In this document: positions 1 to 24,060 of the stretch, piece after piece | Position numbering within the stretch: the first letter of the stretch is position 1 | How the letters are laid out: each line of letters opens with the position of its first letter | Assembly: GCA_002269645.1 (NCBI GenBank) | Contig: NIVC01000416.1 | Coordinates: 372,001-436,000 of the forward strand | Length of the DNA: 64,000 nt | Source of the DNA: Macrostomum lignano | Taxonomy: Eukaryota | Direction of reading: 5' to 3' | Notes under the pieces: generated by a model | Databases searched by the model: none | Seen by the model: only the letters and a program-made list of their open reading frames with translations | Told to the model about the DNA's origin: nothing | Program-made: the position numbers and the translations under genes

Positions 1-584
1 GTGTGTCTGCCTGTCTGTCTGTCTGTCTGTCTGTCTGTCCTGTTAAAACGCAGAGCGGGCAGCCCCCAAGCCGGGCAGGCAGTGAGCGGGCAATCCGGCA
101 GAGGTCAAGCCAGTAAATCATCAACAGGCGATGCCGCCCAGCCGCAGCGGGAGCAGTGAAATGAGTCGCCCGCAATGCTTGGCTAGCAGAAATGAAATCA
201 GGAATGATCACAGTCCGGGCTGCAGTCAACACGGCAGTCGGTTTCCATCAGGAGGGCAGCCGGATGCCCGCGCAGACCCGCACATGACCTTCACGCACGG
301 GTGCCCAATTCAAAGTCCCTGTTCTGCTCCACCTCATCTGTGATGCTGAGGCGACCTGACGGAGTTACTGCATCAGTCAGTGTGCAGGCTCTCTGACTGT
401 CTGCCTCCCTTATTTTTATTCTATCTCTGTCCGCTCTCTGCCACCTGTCTTCAGGTCAAAAATCGGAACTTAAGCTACTTAGATAAAAATATATAAGAAA
501 ATATGACACTCTCATGGAATAGGAAAGATCAAGAAAGACTGCTGGTCTGTAATAGCGATAAGGGCGGTCATTAGGAAGATGCGA

Positions 585-1125
585 GAATGTCAGGAAAGGT
601 GACATGATGTCAGAAGAGGTGATAGGTGTCAGGAAAGGTGACAAGATGTCAGAAGAGGTGATGGGTGCCAGGAAAGGTGACAAGATGTCAGAAGAGGTGA
701 TGGGTGTCAGGAAAGGTGACAAGATGTCAGAAGAGGTGATGGGTGTCAGGAAAGGTGACAAGATGTCAGAAGAGGTGATGGGTGTCAGGAAAGGTGACAA
801 GACGTCAGAAGAGGTGATGGGTGCCAGGAAAGGTGACAAGATGTCAGAAGAGGTGATGGGTGTCAGGAAAGGTGACAAGATGTCAGAAGAGGTGATGGGT
901 GCCAGGAAAGGTGACAAGATGTCAGAAGAGGTGATGGGTGCCAGGAAAGGTGACAAGATGTCAGAAGAGGTGATGGGTGTCAGGAAAGGTGACAAGATGT
1001 CAGAAGAGGTGATGGGTGCCAGGAAAGGTGACAAGATGTCAGAAAAGGTGGTGGGTGTCAGGAAAGGTGACAAGATGTCAGAAGAGGTGATGGGTGTCAG
1101 GAATGGTGATGGGTGTCAGGAAAGA
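585..1125. repeat. 39-bp minisatellite (copine intron 8)
   Basis: GTCAGGAAAGGTGACAAGATGTCAGAAGAGGTGATGGGT tandem. Confidence 0.95.
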
Positions 1126-1236
1126 TAAGAATGGTTTAGTGAAGGGTGTCAGAAAATGCCAAACTAGTTGTAGGCTTCCAAGAATCGATAGAGTTATTCT
1201 GACAATATTTCCACGTCGTCGGAACGGGCAGCTCAC

Positions 1237-11313
<10,077 letters not shown>

Positions 11314-13309
11314 CGTCCTGGCTGCTGCTGCTGCTGCTGTTGTTGCTGATAATGGCGTCTTTCTGTAAAGGCTGCTGCCGCGCGGCACTTTATTATCAAT
11401 TAAAGACAAATTCGGTGACTGAGACACCGAACGGGCTGAACGCTGGGAACGGCGCATTCTTTGATAGAACAAAGAGACAGTCGCCTAACTTAGATAGTAA
11501 GTGCCTAAAACTACAAACAACTTGTTTCAAGAGAAAAACAAAAGCCTAATTCACTACCGATCAATTTCTTGAATCAGTCTGCTATTCTTTTATATACGAA
11601 TTAAAAACAACTTAAACTAAAACTAGTTGGAATGAAATGAAAAAAAGAATTGGAACACCAAACTAGCTTGTCGTTGGCCAGTTAGTAGCACAAGTGCATA
11701 GCAGCAAGTCTGTCTGTTGACGGTTTTAAAAAAGCACGAAAAAATGAGAGAGTAAGGGAAGCTGAGAAACTAGAAGCTTTAGGGGGATCTGATCCCGCTA
11801 ACAACAGGCCCTCCAGTCGCTGACGCAGGCCTGGCGGAAGGGCAAGGGAGCAGGCCGCTAAACCAGAAATATATTTATCCGCCCCACCTCATCTCCCATC
11901 TACCGGCTCAAATGACTTGCGATGCAGGGGAGAAGTTTTAGGATGGGAGGAGGGGACTTCTTGGGATTTGGGGGGGAATTCTAGGCTTGCTTGGATGAGA
12001 GAGAGGAAAGAGGCCGCCCGAAAGAACTAGCAGTGTGATTGGGCTTGACGTCTAATCCAATGGTTTATAAGCCTGACTTTGGTCTCATGGCTCACTCTCA
12101 CTTGCCGGCTGCGCATTTCCTGTCTCTCTGGATACCCAGACCAGAGACCAGTAGTCGCCTGCTGGTCGGCCGTCGCAATATCCCAATTATTTATCAACTA
12201 CACTTATCCCGTTCTCAATTCTAGCTGCCTGTTATTCCTCTTACAGTCTTTACTGTCCACAGGTCGCCCGCATGTCTTTGAACAATTGCATTGATGCGGC
12301 GCCGTTCCGCAGCTCAAAAATCATACGAATATATAGCACAGCAATCATTCCATCCCGCTTCCACCGGCCCTACCTAATGGCTGCCTCTACAGCTGATCCA
12401 GACCAACCGTGCTCCATAAATGATAATGCTATATGCGGCATCACAATCTTTTTTACTGAGGTAGCTTCGTATTAGAAGGCGTGGCCAAGACGGATAAGTA
12501 CAATTCAAGATGACGAGCAGAGAAGGACGTGACAAGCGGGAAATGCACGGGCCATCCGTTCCGTATTTTCAATATTAATTATTTAAAGTTAAGAGCGTGG
12601 AATGGAATGGCATTGGACATAAACAGCTTGAGCCTACGTTGGACAAACCGAAAGAGACGAGAATCGAAGACACTGCAGTCCTGATCTTTCAAGCAATCCG
12701 TCAAGCTTTCTCTAAACTTGACTTGCCCCAGCTCTGCTAGTTCTATTGACTTTCACTTTCAAAGCAAGGAGGGCAGGAATGAGGCGGACTGCACTGGCCC
12801 CTGCTGTTTGCGGATGACTCGAATTAGACAACGGAGGCACAAGCTGGAGACATGGCTTATCCAGGGCAGACAAAACTTCGTTTCAAAAGCAAATTGGGCC
12901 AAGGTTTTCTGCACAAAAATGGAAAATACGGAAAAAGCAAAACTTTCGATGCAAACGAAAAACCTAAAATAACAGAATGAAAATGCCCAAGATAAAGTAA
13001 TTACCTCATAAACTATCGTTAAGAGCAAAAACTGTCCCTACAATATTGCTTTTCTAGCTAGTCTGTGCCCTTTCTGCGTTTCTAGACCAATACTTGGACA
13101 AAAATTGCGAACAGGCGAACAAATTCTAAATACGAAGCCTATAATCAAGCCAAGAAATAAAGTTTAAAGATTATGGTAGATATACAAAAAAACGAATAAA
13201 GCGAACCACCTAAGTAGCCTACTTTCAGTAGAAATACGAACGTTTGTTAAGAGTTTTTTTAAATGCATAAGCTAGCATGTTGTGGAGTATATTCACGCCT
13301 GTTGGCTTG

Positions 13310-13816
13310 TCACTGCTGCCACTGCTGGCGTCGACGGCGACCGCCAGACGGCTTCTCGCGCAGCCGCGGCACAAACGTCAGCTGGCACCTGTTTGACAGG
13401 CCGCAGTCGCTCAAAGTGGCTCGATCGTCTAGCAGTTTTTTACTGCCCAGGGCAAGAGCGAATCGGCGCCATACCTGGCGCCAGCTTACTGACCGGTAGG
13501 GACCACCGAGGCGGCGAATTAGGTGTTTGCTTTCTAAAGCGACCACACGCTTCAACTCGGCAATGGTGGCCTCGGGCTCCACAAAACAGTCGAGGCTATG
13601 CGAGTCGCCTCGATTGACGCGAATTAGCCAGCAGCGGCCGAGCTGCCTCTGCAGCAATCGGTCAGATTTGAAGGCGGCGTAGCGCCAGGACTCTGTGCCG
13701 ATGGCGAAGTTCTCTATGTCCGTTAGTTGACTGGCAGATCGCTGAGACGAACGGCCGACAGCTGAAGAAATCGGAGTGGGAAAATGATTTAAGATGACGA
13801 GACATTTGGCCATCAC
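13310..13816 (-). CDS. SNRNP25: U11/U12 snRNP 25 kDa protein (ubiquitin-like fold), intronless
   Basis: ATIAELKRVV...SVSWRQVWRRFAL...KKLLDDRATLSDCGLSNRCQLTFVPRLREK parallels SNRNP25 ATVLDLKKAI...ISWSYVWRTYHL...EKLTEDRKKLRDYGIRNRDEVSFIKKLRQK. The start codon is uncertain. Confidence 0.85.
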   Translation of the reverse strand: MMAKCLVILNHFPTPISSAVGRSSQRSASQLTDIENFAIGTESWRYAAFKSDRLLQRQLGRCWLIRVNRGDSHSLDCFVEPEATIAELKRVVALESKHLIRRLGGPYRSVSWRQVWRRFALALGSKKLLDDRATLSDCGLSNRCQLTFVPRLREKPSGGRRRRQQWQQ

Positions 13817-14339
13817 ATTTTAGAATGAAACTGTGAATAATCACTATGAGCTTTATTAGGACGTCGATCTCGCTATTTTAAAGGAAACAGATCCCTATCA
13901 ACCTAGAAACGTCTTATTATTAATGCACTGAAAGTAGCTAACTATATTCTCGCCGAAATGCACTTGGCAAACATTTTTTTCTTCACTAAGAACATACTAT
14001 CTACGAGTGTAACTTCGTACGATATATGAGGTATGTAGCTTTTATTTGTTATTTTTTAAAACTTTAGTAGTTCTAGAATCTTTTTTCGGTTCTGAGTCAA
14101 GGTTCCCTAGAAGTTTTAGGCATACATTCAAAATCTGGGCTTAAAGAAGCAATTTAGCAATGTCTTTTAATACCCATGTATATTGCATATTACATAACAG
14201 TATGAATACCAAGCCATTTTTCGCTCGTGGAGTTACCCAGGTGTGGGGAATTCCCCCGAAAATTTTTTGCTGCTCCGAAACAGAACAACGCAGGCAGAAA
14301 CCAGCAACACCAGCTCCACTGGAACGGTTGCACCGACTA

Positions 14340-14935
14340 CAGGCAGACCCGCTCTGCAATGACTAGCCTGAACAGGGAAGTCTCTGAATATTTGACCTCA
14401 CTTAACAGAATCGAAATCAGGGAGATGTGCATGGTTTTAATAGATGGATTCTTCCAGAGACATATCTCGTTGCAAACGTTGCTCCTCCACTTTTCTTTTT
14501 TGTGGCATAGGAGAGGAGACCGCGGAGCATCACGTCACGTTCTGCCCTTACTTTAATAAGGTGCGACACAAGCACCTCGGCCACTTCCAGCGGATGGACA
14601 AGCTGACCACCCCGGACAACATCCGAGATACCGGCCGGATGAGGGTTTCCGATGCCTCTTCTGCGAACCTGCTGACTACTGGCGGGGCTGGGCGCATCCC
14701 CAAGGTTAAGCCTTGGTTTACTTTACCTTGGGGTTGCGATAGGTTCCTCGCAACCTGATCGCGGCGTGGCGCCCCCAAGTAAGTAACGCAGGCAGAAACT
14801 CGAGAAATTCAGGTTGTCCATAGACACCTCTTGTCACATGCTGAAGGTCCAGAAGCTCCGCCTGGGTGAGGGCCAGTGACCAACGAAGTCAGAGCTGATG
14901 GGGTTTATCAAAAACACTCGCGCTTTTGAAAAAAT
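14340..14935 (+). mobile_element. Degenerate non-LTR retrotransposon (LINE) 3' fragment
   Basis: Broken frames give [27 protein letters not shown] (the C-terminal cysteine knuckle typical of LINE ORF2), preceded by [22 protein letters not shown]; stops and frameshifts present. Confidence 0.45.
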
Positions 14936-17624
14936 CCGACCTTCTGGCAGAATTTTTTAATATTTCGACGGTACGGAGTGGTGGCGAATTGTTTCTTGTT
15001 TGAGAGAGTGCATAAAAAATTGCTTCGGCGCAGAAAAAACTTGTGACGGGGGAACTCTCCTTTGGTTCTACTGCTAAACTATTATTTAATTCTTTACAAA
15101 AGCGTGCAATACTACTCGAAGAAAATTAATGAGAGTAGTAAGTCTTGCACACAGATTAAGCTTCAGTTAAGCTGATAACGGTAACAGTAAGAATTTTTCA
15201 GGCAACAATAACATTAACAAGTAGAAACTCACAATAGCACACCTGCTAGGTTTTAAGCGCGTCATTACACCTGCTCTACACAACAGCGATACCAATGGCA
15301 ATTCATGCCTCTTCAATACAGCTACGCATGATTGCTAACACAATACACACAATATGCTGTAGAAAGTAGTGCGCAGCAAGCAAACACTTCGAATGCCACC
15401 AAGGAACAAAATTGACTTATTTTCTCTCACACTCCCTCAGATCGCTCTTTAGCTGAGTCTAGCGCCTGAATAAACACAAGAAGAAAAGTGCCTTTCCATA
15501 TTATTCCCCTTCTCCGAACAGCCTGTTTACATTTTATGCCTGGAGCCTAACAGAATTCTTCCTTCCTGCCTGCACTAAACCAGTGAGAACACTTTTTTAA
15601 CTTCTAATGCTAGGCCATATGAGAAGCACAAATACATTTGAGTCGCCCACTGCGTTTTGATATCACTTATCCGTGCTGAGGTTGTTAGCTTAGCTGCTGG
15701 TGGGCAGTGTATTTTTATTTTATCCAGTCAGCACACACGCAAGGGACTGGAGACGCCACGCGGAAGAAGTCGGGAAATGAAACCAGCAATTTTTATGCAT
15801 TTCAAAAACCGAAAAGTCACGTTGCGCGCGCAGCTTCACGAGCAGCTCACTCTAAGCAATTTTATATCCGAGCTTGTAATTTAGACAGAGAACATTTTCT
15901 GCGCCTTGCTCGTGTTTAAATAGCGGAAAATCGTTTTAGCAGATGCACTAATTGATTCAGAGAGCCTTCCGGATTCATGTCAATAGAGACGAACAAAATA
16001 ACGAATCGGCAAAATCTGGTGAGTAAAGAGAGGTTGTGCTCGCACTGATATTTGATTCAAAGGCTAAACCTCCAACTAATCCTCCTTGAAAATACCCTTA
16101 CTTAAAGGATTTTAGCGGCAAAGACAGACAGAAGATGCTGTACAGCATCCTAATCTTCTTCGTGCATCTCAGGTCTTCTACCTTCTATTTATTACCCGAT
16201 TCTCTTTATCTCAAATACACTTTGCCTTCTAATCGCTATCTGGATAATCTTCTCTACTAACCTTTGTACGCCTAATCTATTTCTAATAATTTTCACCTAT
16301 AAAACGAATTACCGTTGAACTTCAACAAAAGTGCGATTCACTTTAAACAACGTCAACATTTGATTTGTTATAAGAAACTGCATTAAACAAAACGCCAATT
16401 ATTGACATTCGAAAGAAAATTTTTGAGTTAAAAGTGTACACTGGACTGGAGAATTTCACGTTACCAAACATTGCCTAAATTGATAACGGGATTTTTTCCA
16501 AGTTCGCCCAGACGGTATTTAATCAAGCACAAGATATGATCTAAACAACAGATTCTATATACACCTAGACGGGTAATAACTTCAGCCGCAGTGCGAAAAC
16601 CCCGGGTTTTGACCATAGACTGTAGCTTAGCAGCAGCAGCCAGTGTCTATGGCCCTAACCCGGGGTTCTTCGGGGTCTCGGAGACGGCCGCTAAATACAT
16701 TAGCGAATGCTGGAGTGACTCATAAAGTTGCGCTAGCTGTTTGAATTGCTTTGGCAAGATTTTGTCATCAAAATCGCCAACACTCACATGTATGCAACAT
16801 CGACTAGCAGCTAAAAGCCAAATATTCTTCTTGACTATAAAACTACTTCCTGAAATTTTTTTGTGTAAGAATATTAAAAAAATCAAAAGACTTTTAATCA
16901 CTGTTTTACTGACAGAAAATTCCAATTATCTATCTATTTTGAGAAACTAAATTATCCTATCTTTCACCTTCAAGGTAGACAGACCGTCTCTTACTCTACG
17001 GACGCGATCAAATCGATCTCAATTATTTGAAATCCTGTATAGTTTAATAGACAGCAGCTAGCAGAAATGCTCACAAACTGCATTTGTATGCACAGCAAAG
17101 CTAAGCGCGGATGTTGCTCAGAACAGACAGACCAGCCGCGTTCCAATATGCAAATGGACTAATAATATTATTGCTCAGTCAGGCTTAGGCTGGCAGGAAA
17201 GCACCGCCAGCCTCCTGAAACTGCAGAAAGCGAAATCGTGTCTCCATTGACGGCAACAGCGTGGCGGCTTCTCAGGGGCCACGAGAAATCATAAATTTTA
17301 TTTATTTTAGCCTGATGCGCGCGAATCGGCTGGAATAAAAACTGCTACACTGTGAACCGGGCTCCCATTTGGGCTGGCTTTAGTGTTGAAATAAATAACA
17401 TCTGACTGCGATCCCTATGTGAGGAAGATACGGCATTATACCAGCGCATATAATTGTTCAATACCGCTTTTATAGCACTAACCAATGCGTAGCGACTGTG
17501 GCGCCAGGAAACTGCTTGCAAACACAATTCGCTCCTGCTGCTAAGCACAACCCATGGTAATTTTAACGCAATTGAACAAGCCCTCCACTTTTTCCCATTC
17601 TTCCCTGTACCTTTCCCTTTCTCA

Positions 17625-18820
17625 ATCTGCCGCTCCTGCTGTCAGGTCCTCAATCTGCCACTCCTGCTTCTGTCAGTTCTTCAATCTGCCACTCCTGCTG
17701 TCAGTTCCTCAATCTGCCACACCTGCTGTCAGTTCCTCAATCTGCCACTCCTGCTGTCAGTTCCTCAATCTGCCACTCCTGCTGTCAGTTCCTTAATCTG
17801 CCACTCCTGCTGCTGTCAGTTCCTCAATCTGCCACTCCTGCTGCTGTCAGTTCCTCAATCTGCCACTCCTGCTGCTGTCAGTTCCTCAATCTGCCACTCC
17901 TGCTGCTGTCAGTTCCTCAATCTGCCACTCCTGCTGCTGTCAGGTCCTCAATCTGCCACTCCTGCTGCTGTCAGTTCCTCAATCTGCCACTCCTGCTGTC
18001 AGTTCCTCAATCTGCCGCTCCTGCTGCTGTCAGTTCCTCAAACTGCCACTCCTGCTGTCAGTTCCTCAATCTGCCACTCCTGCTGCTGTCAGTTCCTCAA
18101 TCTGCCACTCCTGCTGTCAGTTCCTCAATCTGCCGCTCCTGCTGTCAGTTCCTCAATCTGCCGCTCCTGCTGCTGTCAGTTCCTCAATCTGCCACTCCTG
18201 CTGTCAGTTCCTCAATCTGCCACTCCTGCTGTCAGTTCCTCAATCTGCCGCTCCTGCTGCTGTCAGTTCCTCAATCTGCCACTCCTGCTGCTGTCAGTTC
18301 CTCAATCTGCCACTCCTGCTGTCAGTTCCTCAATCTGCCACTCCTGCTGTCAGTTCCTCAATCTGCCGCTCCTACTGCTGTCAGTTCCTCAAACTGCCAC
18401 TCCTGCTGTCAGTTCCTCAATCTGCCACTCCTGCTGCTGTCAGTTTTTCAATCTGCCACTCCTGCTGCTGTCAGTTTTTCAATCTGCCACTCCTGCTGCT
18501 GTCAGTTCCTCAATCTGCCACTCCTGCTGCTGTCAGTTCCTCAATCTGCCACTCCTGCTGTCAGTTCCTCAATCTGCCGCTCCTGCTCCTGTCAGTCCCT
18601 CAATCTGCCGCTCCTGCTGCTGTCAGTTCCTCAATCTGCCGCTCCTGCTGCTGTCAGTTTTTCAATCTGCCGCTCCTGCTGCTGTCAGTTCCTCAATCTG
18701 CCGCTCCTGCTGCTGTCAGTTCCTCAATCTGCCACTCCTGCTGTCAGTTCCTCAATCTGCCACTCCTGCTTCTGTCAGTTACTCAATCTGCCACTCCTGC
18801 TGTCAGTTCCTCAAACTGCC
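17625..18820. repeat. 28/31-bp minisatellite
   Basis: CTCAATCTGCCACTCCTG(CTG)CTGTCAGTTC tandem. Confidence 0.95.
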
Positions 18821-19465
18821 ACTGGACCTTTCTCATGAGCATGAGCTGCAAAACCAAAAATCATAAGCAAAAATACACAAAAATTCAGTGTTCCAGCGCA
18901 CTTGCTTTCCCAAAGCAGAAAAAGTGGCAATTGTTTGCCACTGGTCACGCCATTGCACTGGGAGAGAGAGAGTTGAGAAATCGAGACAAAAACAGTCTCG
19001 GCCTCCGCCAGACTTGCCCTATACACGCACAAACTCTGCAGTGACACAATACCATTGTAAACCCCTTCCCCGTTCTGTCTCTAATCCTAATAGAGAATTT
19101 GGGAATTAGTTCGGCTAATTCTATCCCAACCCCAAGTATAATAAACTACGATCAATAGTCAGCGCAGCACGTGAGCAGGAGGTGAAACAGCGCAGCGGTA
19201 GGTCGATCGAGTTACTGTAGCGTGCTAAAATTTTGCACTGAGAGTCGGCTTGTGAAAGTTTTCAACTGCGTTTATGGCTTACAGATTTCTAAGGCTCCTT
19301 CTACCCATTGCTACACGTATGGTGAGCGTGCGGGTGATTTCGTCATAAACATTCCAGGAATGTTTGTATACTTCTCCAAACGTATGAGATTACCCTGATC
19401 AAATCCAACTATATCTTTTAGCTTCCTATTTTGTTTATTTCTGCAAAGTTCGTTTCACCATTCAC

Positions 19466-19802
19466 CAGGGATCAGCAAACCTTTTTTTACCTGAGGGGCT
19501 ATATAGAGAAGGGGCCTGAGGAGGGGAGAGATGAGAGGGAATAAAGGAGAAGAGCGGAGACGAGAGAGGAGAGATGAAATAGAAGACGAAAGATGAGAGG
19601 AGAAAGGAGGAAGGAGGAAGAAGAGAGGATAGGAGAGGTGAGGAGAAAAGAGAGATACGAAATAAGACAGAGAAAAGAGCACTGAAGAGAGATATAAAAA
19701 TTGAGCGGATTGCTATTGAAAAGTTTCAAAGAACCCGGAGGGCCGGATAGAGAGGCTTCGCGGGCCTCATGTGGTCCGCGGGCCGGATTTAGCCGACTTG
19801 TG
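19466..19802 (+). mobile_element. Degenerate hAT-type MITE
   Basis: Left end CAGGGATCAGCAAACC; right part GGGCCGGAT...GCGGGCC...CCGCGGGCCGGATTTAGCCGAC is typical of hAT subterminal sequence; the right TIR is decayed. Confidence 0.4.
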
Positions 19803-19899
19803 CCATAGACTAAGAACTAAAATCACCAGTTTGTCTGTGTGTACGTTATCTCTGCCACGCCAGACTGCTGACTGCCTAATGGCCAGATGTGCAACCGAC

Positions 19900-20129
19900 A
19901 GCTCAGCTGCAGCTATTGCGCAGCGCATCTGAAGGCTGCGTACGGCTGTTCAAAGACTGGGGGATGGTCGTCGCTACAAACACCCTCAATTACCCCAGCT
20001 AACGCTGGCACCCATTTTACAGCTTGGTAACTGAGGCAAGGACACAAATAGTTCCGCGTGGGTCGACAATCGAACCCCCAACCTTCCAGTCGTGAGTCCG
20101 ACGCTTTAACCACTAAAGCTACAACCTCT
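19900..20129 (-). mobile_element. tRNA-derived SINE, copy 1
   Basis: Minus-strand head with A-box TAGCTTTAGTGG (20110-20121) and B-box GGTTCGATT (20068-20076), followed by CCAAGCTGTAAAATGGGTGCCAG body; a related copy lies at 48486-48706. Confidence 0.7.
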
Positions 20130-21379
20130 TTCGACAGCTATGAAACTTTCCAATCGATTTTTTAACTACCCATGCTGACAGATAAACAGCAAAGACAGAC
20201 TTCAGAAGGAGTCACACTTAATTCTAATCGAAAATCCTACGATTTATTGCCGCATAAGAGTATACGCAATGTCATTCTGACTGACAGAGAAATTGCTTAA
20301 GCAATAATCCTCTTTGCTGTAGCTTTTACGATCTGGGTTCGAAATTTTGTCTATGTTGGCCACCCCGAAGGGGGGCACATGATTGCTAGTCCTATATACT
20401 AAAGTGATTTGTTTTTATCCAGGTGGTCCAAGACTAAGCTCACGCATTAAGAAAACGCCAATTACGCTATATAGTACAGGTATGCAGACAGACACCGGCC
20501 AGTTAGGTACTGTGCCAATAATGCTACAAGCAGAGAAACACAGATAGGAGAAAAAAGTTTAGCAAGAGAAACTGATTGAGTAGTGAAAGAGGATCAGCAG
20601 AAGGATAGAGTAGGATCAGTAGGAGAGGCACGAAGGGACAGCTGGCTACAGAAGGAAAAAACTTGCGTGCTTCGCAGACGCGCGAGTCGAGTGGAACTAA
20701 GTTCAGAAAAAGAGAACAGACTGGCAGGCAGAAACCGATACAGAATTCTTGTCCCGAAATCTGAGCTCTGCTTTGCATCGGATGGATATAGATGGTTTAT
20801 TCTAAGTTCCGATTTTTTTGTTCGTTTTGTTAGCCCCATTAAAAGTATCAAATGTCCAGGAGATAAATGCGAGAGTAGGGCAGGTGAATGATAGAGAAGT
20901 TGGAGAGATTTTGCAAGACAATAATTTTTTAACCATTGGAAATGTGACGATATGAGGCAATCATACGCGATGATTGAGGATAAATAGGATTTTTTAGGAT
21001 ACGGAAGCTCGAGGATTAGGAAGATCAGGTAAAGTGAATTTACCTGAAGTCACTAATCCAGGATTAAGACACGCACCTACGGGAGGAGGTCAAAGGCAAA
21101 AAAGAAGAGGGCAGGTGAGATACTGCTGCCAGAGCTGAAGACAAAAAAAGAAAGACAGAGGAGACTTAAAAGCAGAAGGCAATCCAGAGAGGCTAAAAAA
21201 CGAATTAGGAAGGGAAGGAAAGGGAGAGTCAGACTGAGCGATCGAGATTGAGAGATGATATGCAAATGAGGAGTTGGAAAGGGCTGATCTAAAGCAGATG
21301 CTTATTAAAGCTGCCTTAGAAATACTGGCGCAGGATGCAGGAAAGCCACAGTTACAGGGTAAAATATCTCTGCTTAGCG

Positions 21380-21473
<94 letters not shown>

Positions 21474-21474
21474 C

Positions 21475-21549
<75 letters not shown>

Positions 21550-21550
21550 C

Positions 21551-21594
<44 letters not shown>

Positions 21595-21595
21595 G

Positions 21596-21646
<51 letters not shown>

Positions 21647-21688
21647 TAGTAACTAACTACGGCTCGTAACTAACTAATTAACTAACAG

Positions 21689-21729
<41 letters not shown>

Positions 21730-21779
21730 ATAACTAACTAACTAACTGACTAACTAACTAACTAACTAACTAACTAACC

Positions 21780-21811
<32 letters not shown>

Positions 21812-21870
21812 TAGTAACTAACTACGGCTCGTAACTAACTAATTAACTAACAGACTAACTAACTAACTAA
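21380..21870. repeat. (AACT)n microsatellite
   Basis: direct reading. Confidence 0.96.
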
Positions 21871-22108
21871 AAACAAGAGCCGTGGGCGCAGCCGCGGGAG
21901 AAGACTCACCAGGAGCTGCATCGGCCGATGCGGCAACGGATGGAGGCTGCTGGGTGTCCATCAAATCGACGAATGCATCCCGCAGATCTTCTAGCTGAGT
22001 AGAGCATTTAATTAGCCGGGCTACCTGTTCCGAGAGCTCGACGAGATCAGATAGCAGCTGCTCCTCGGCAGCGCAGGACTCCGTGCTGGCAGTCTGGAAG
22101 TCTGGCAT
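21863..22108 (-). CDS. Hypothetical small coiled-coil protein or first exon (81 aa)
   Basis: GC-rich, non-repetitive ORF with host-like codon use between two microsatellites (MPDFQTASTESCAAEEQLLSDLVELSEQVARLIKCSTQLEDLRDAFVDLMD...); family not recognised. Confidence 0.4.
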   Translation of the reverse strand: MPDFQTASTESCAAEEQLLSDLVELSEQVARLIKCSTQLEDLRDAFVDLMDTQQPPSVAASADAAPGESSPAAAPTALVFS

Positions 22109-22309
22109 GCTAGAGGCGGAAGTCTGTGGGAAGGGTTTTGATGAGAGATAACAAAACTGATTAATTAGCTGTTTTTTAATTCAGCAGCGAAATGCAGCTT
22201 GGAACGGGGATTTTTACCTGTTTAGTAGACTTCGGAAATTAATATTGATGGGGCAAGAGCTCAATTTAAAATTGACTTGGACATTCGACTGAAGCTAGAG
22301 CCATCTCCG

Positions 22310-22720
<411 letters not shown>

Positions 22721-23464
22721 GTCTATTTGACCAGCCTCCTGTCTATCTGTCAGCATGTGTCCGCATACCTGTATGCAAAGCTAAATTTGATCAATCTACT
22801 TATTTATCCACAAGTTTTTCTGTCAGCAGCTTACCTGTCTGTCTGCCAGTATTCACTCTCACAGCTACCCGGTTCCAAGCAAGCAAGCAAGCGTTAAACT
22901 TAGCCAACTATAAGCAGCTAATCCCAGCGCCAAGAGAGGCATAACATAACGGCAGGGAACGGGGAAGAGGGATATCTGGGACAGAGGGGACAACTGTGAG
23001 AGCGCCGTGGTTGGCCAGTTTCTCACAGGGACAGCCAGAAGGCTGTACAATAACCAAGCCGCGAAGGATAAAGTTCGCTAGCTGAAAGGCATAAAATATT
23101 TCAGCACCCCTGTGCGTGTCTGCAGTCGCCTGTCATGAATAATAGCATTAGGCTCGGCCGGAGCACAGCTTAAACCTATTATCGAAATAATAATTGGCTT
23201 GCATTACTGCAAAATTTACCCAAAATTTCAATTCTATACGCAACGCTTTGCACGCAATAGAAAAATTATTCTTTTTTCTATTTCGATGAAGAACTTTCGT
23301 TGCCGAGGCGAGGCGGGAAGTTTTTGACAAGCAGTAAATGCTGAACTTACTTCCCAAGTTAATTTATCACTCATCAGGAGCTGACTGCCTGGGGTAGGGT
23401 TCTGGTGAAACACAAAACATGCTTGTGTACTTTGTTAACACTGAAGCTCGTTGCAGAGTGCGGA

Positions 23465-24060
23465 ACACTCCCATATCTCATCTCTCCTATCTCACTATCT
23501 ATTTCACTCTCCCATATCTCATCTCCCAGATCTCTATTCATCTCACCCACTCATATCTCATCTCTCCAATCTCTCTATCTATCTCACTCTCTTATGTCCC
23601 CAATCTCTCTATCCATCTCTCTCCTATATCTCATCTCCCCAATCTCTCTATCCATCTCACTCTCCCATCTCTCATCTCCCCAATCTCTCTATCCATCTCA
23701 CTCTCCCATCTCTTATCTCCCCAATCTCTCTATCCATCTCACTCTCCCACATCTCATTTCCCCCAAATCTCTCTATCCATCTCACTCTCCCATCTCTTAT
23801 CTCCCCAATCTCTCTATCCATCTCACTCTCCCACATCTCATTTCCCCCAAATCTCTCTATCCATCTCACTCTCCCATCTCTTATCTCCCCAATCTCTCTA
23901 TCCATCTCACTCTCCCATGTCCCCAATCTCTCTATCCATCTCTCTCCTATATCTCATCTCCCCAATCTCTCTATCCATCTCACTCTCCCATCTCTCATAT
24001 CCCCAATCTCTCTATCCATCTCACTGTCCCATCTCTCATCTCCCCACCTTTCCATCTATT
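23465..24060. repeat. About 41-bp pyrimidine-rich minisatellite
   Basis: CCAATCTCTCTATCCATCTCACTCTCCCATCTCTCATCTCC tandem. Confidence 0.9.

Noticed and set aside
60-360. Next copine exon in the GC-rich stretch at the window start
   Set aside because: No acceptor gives an open phase-2 continuation resembling the rest of C2B.
20050-20129. tRNA gene
   Set aside because: A/B boxes are present but the cloverleaf is incomplete and it continues into a SINE body that recurs at 48486-48706.
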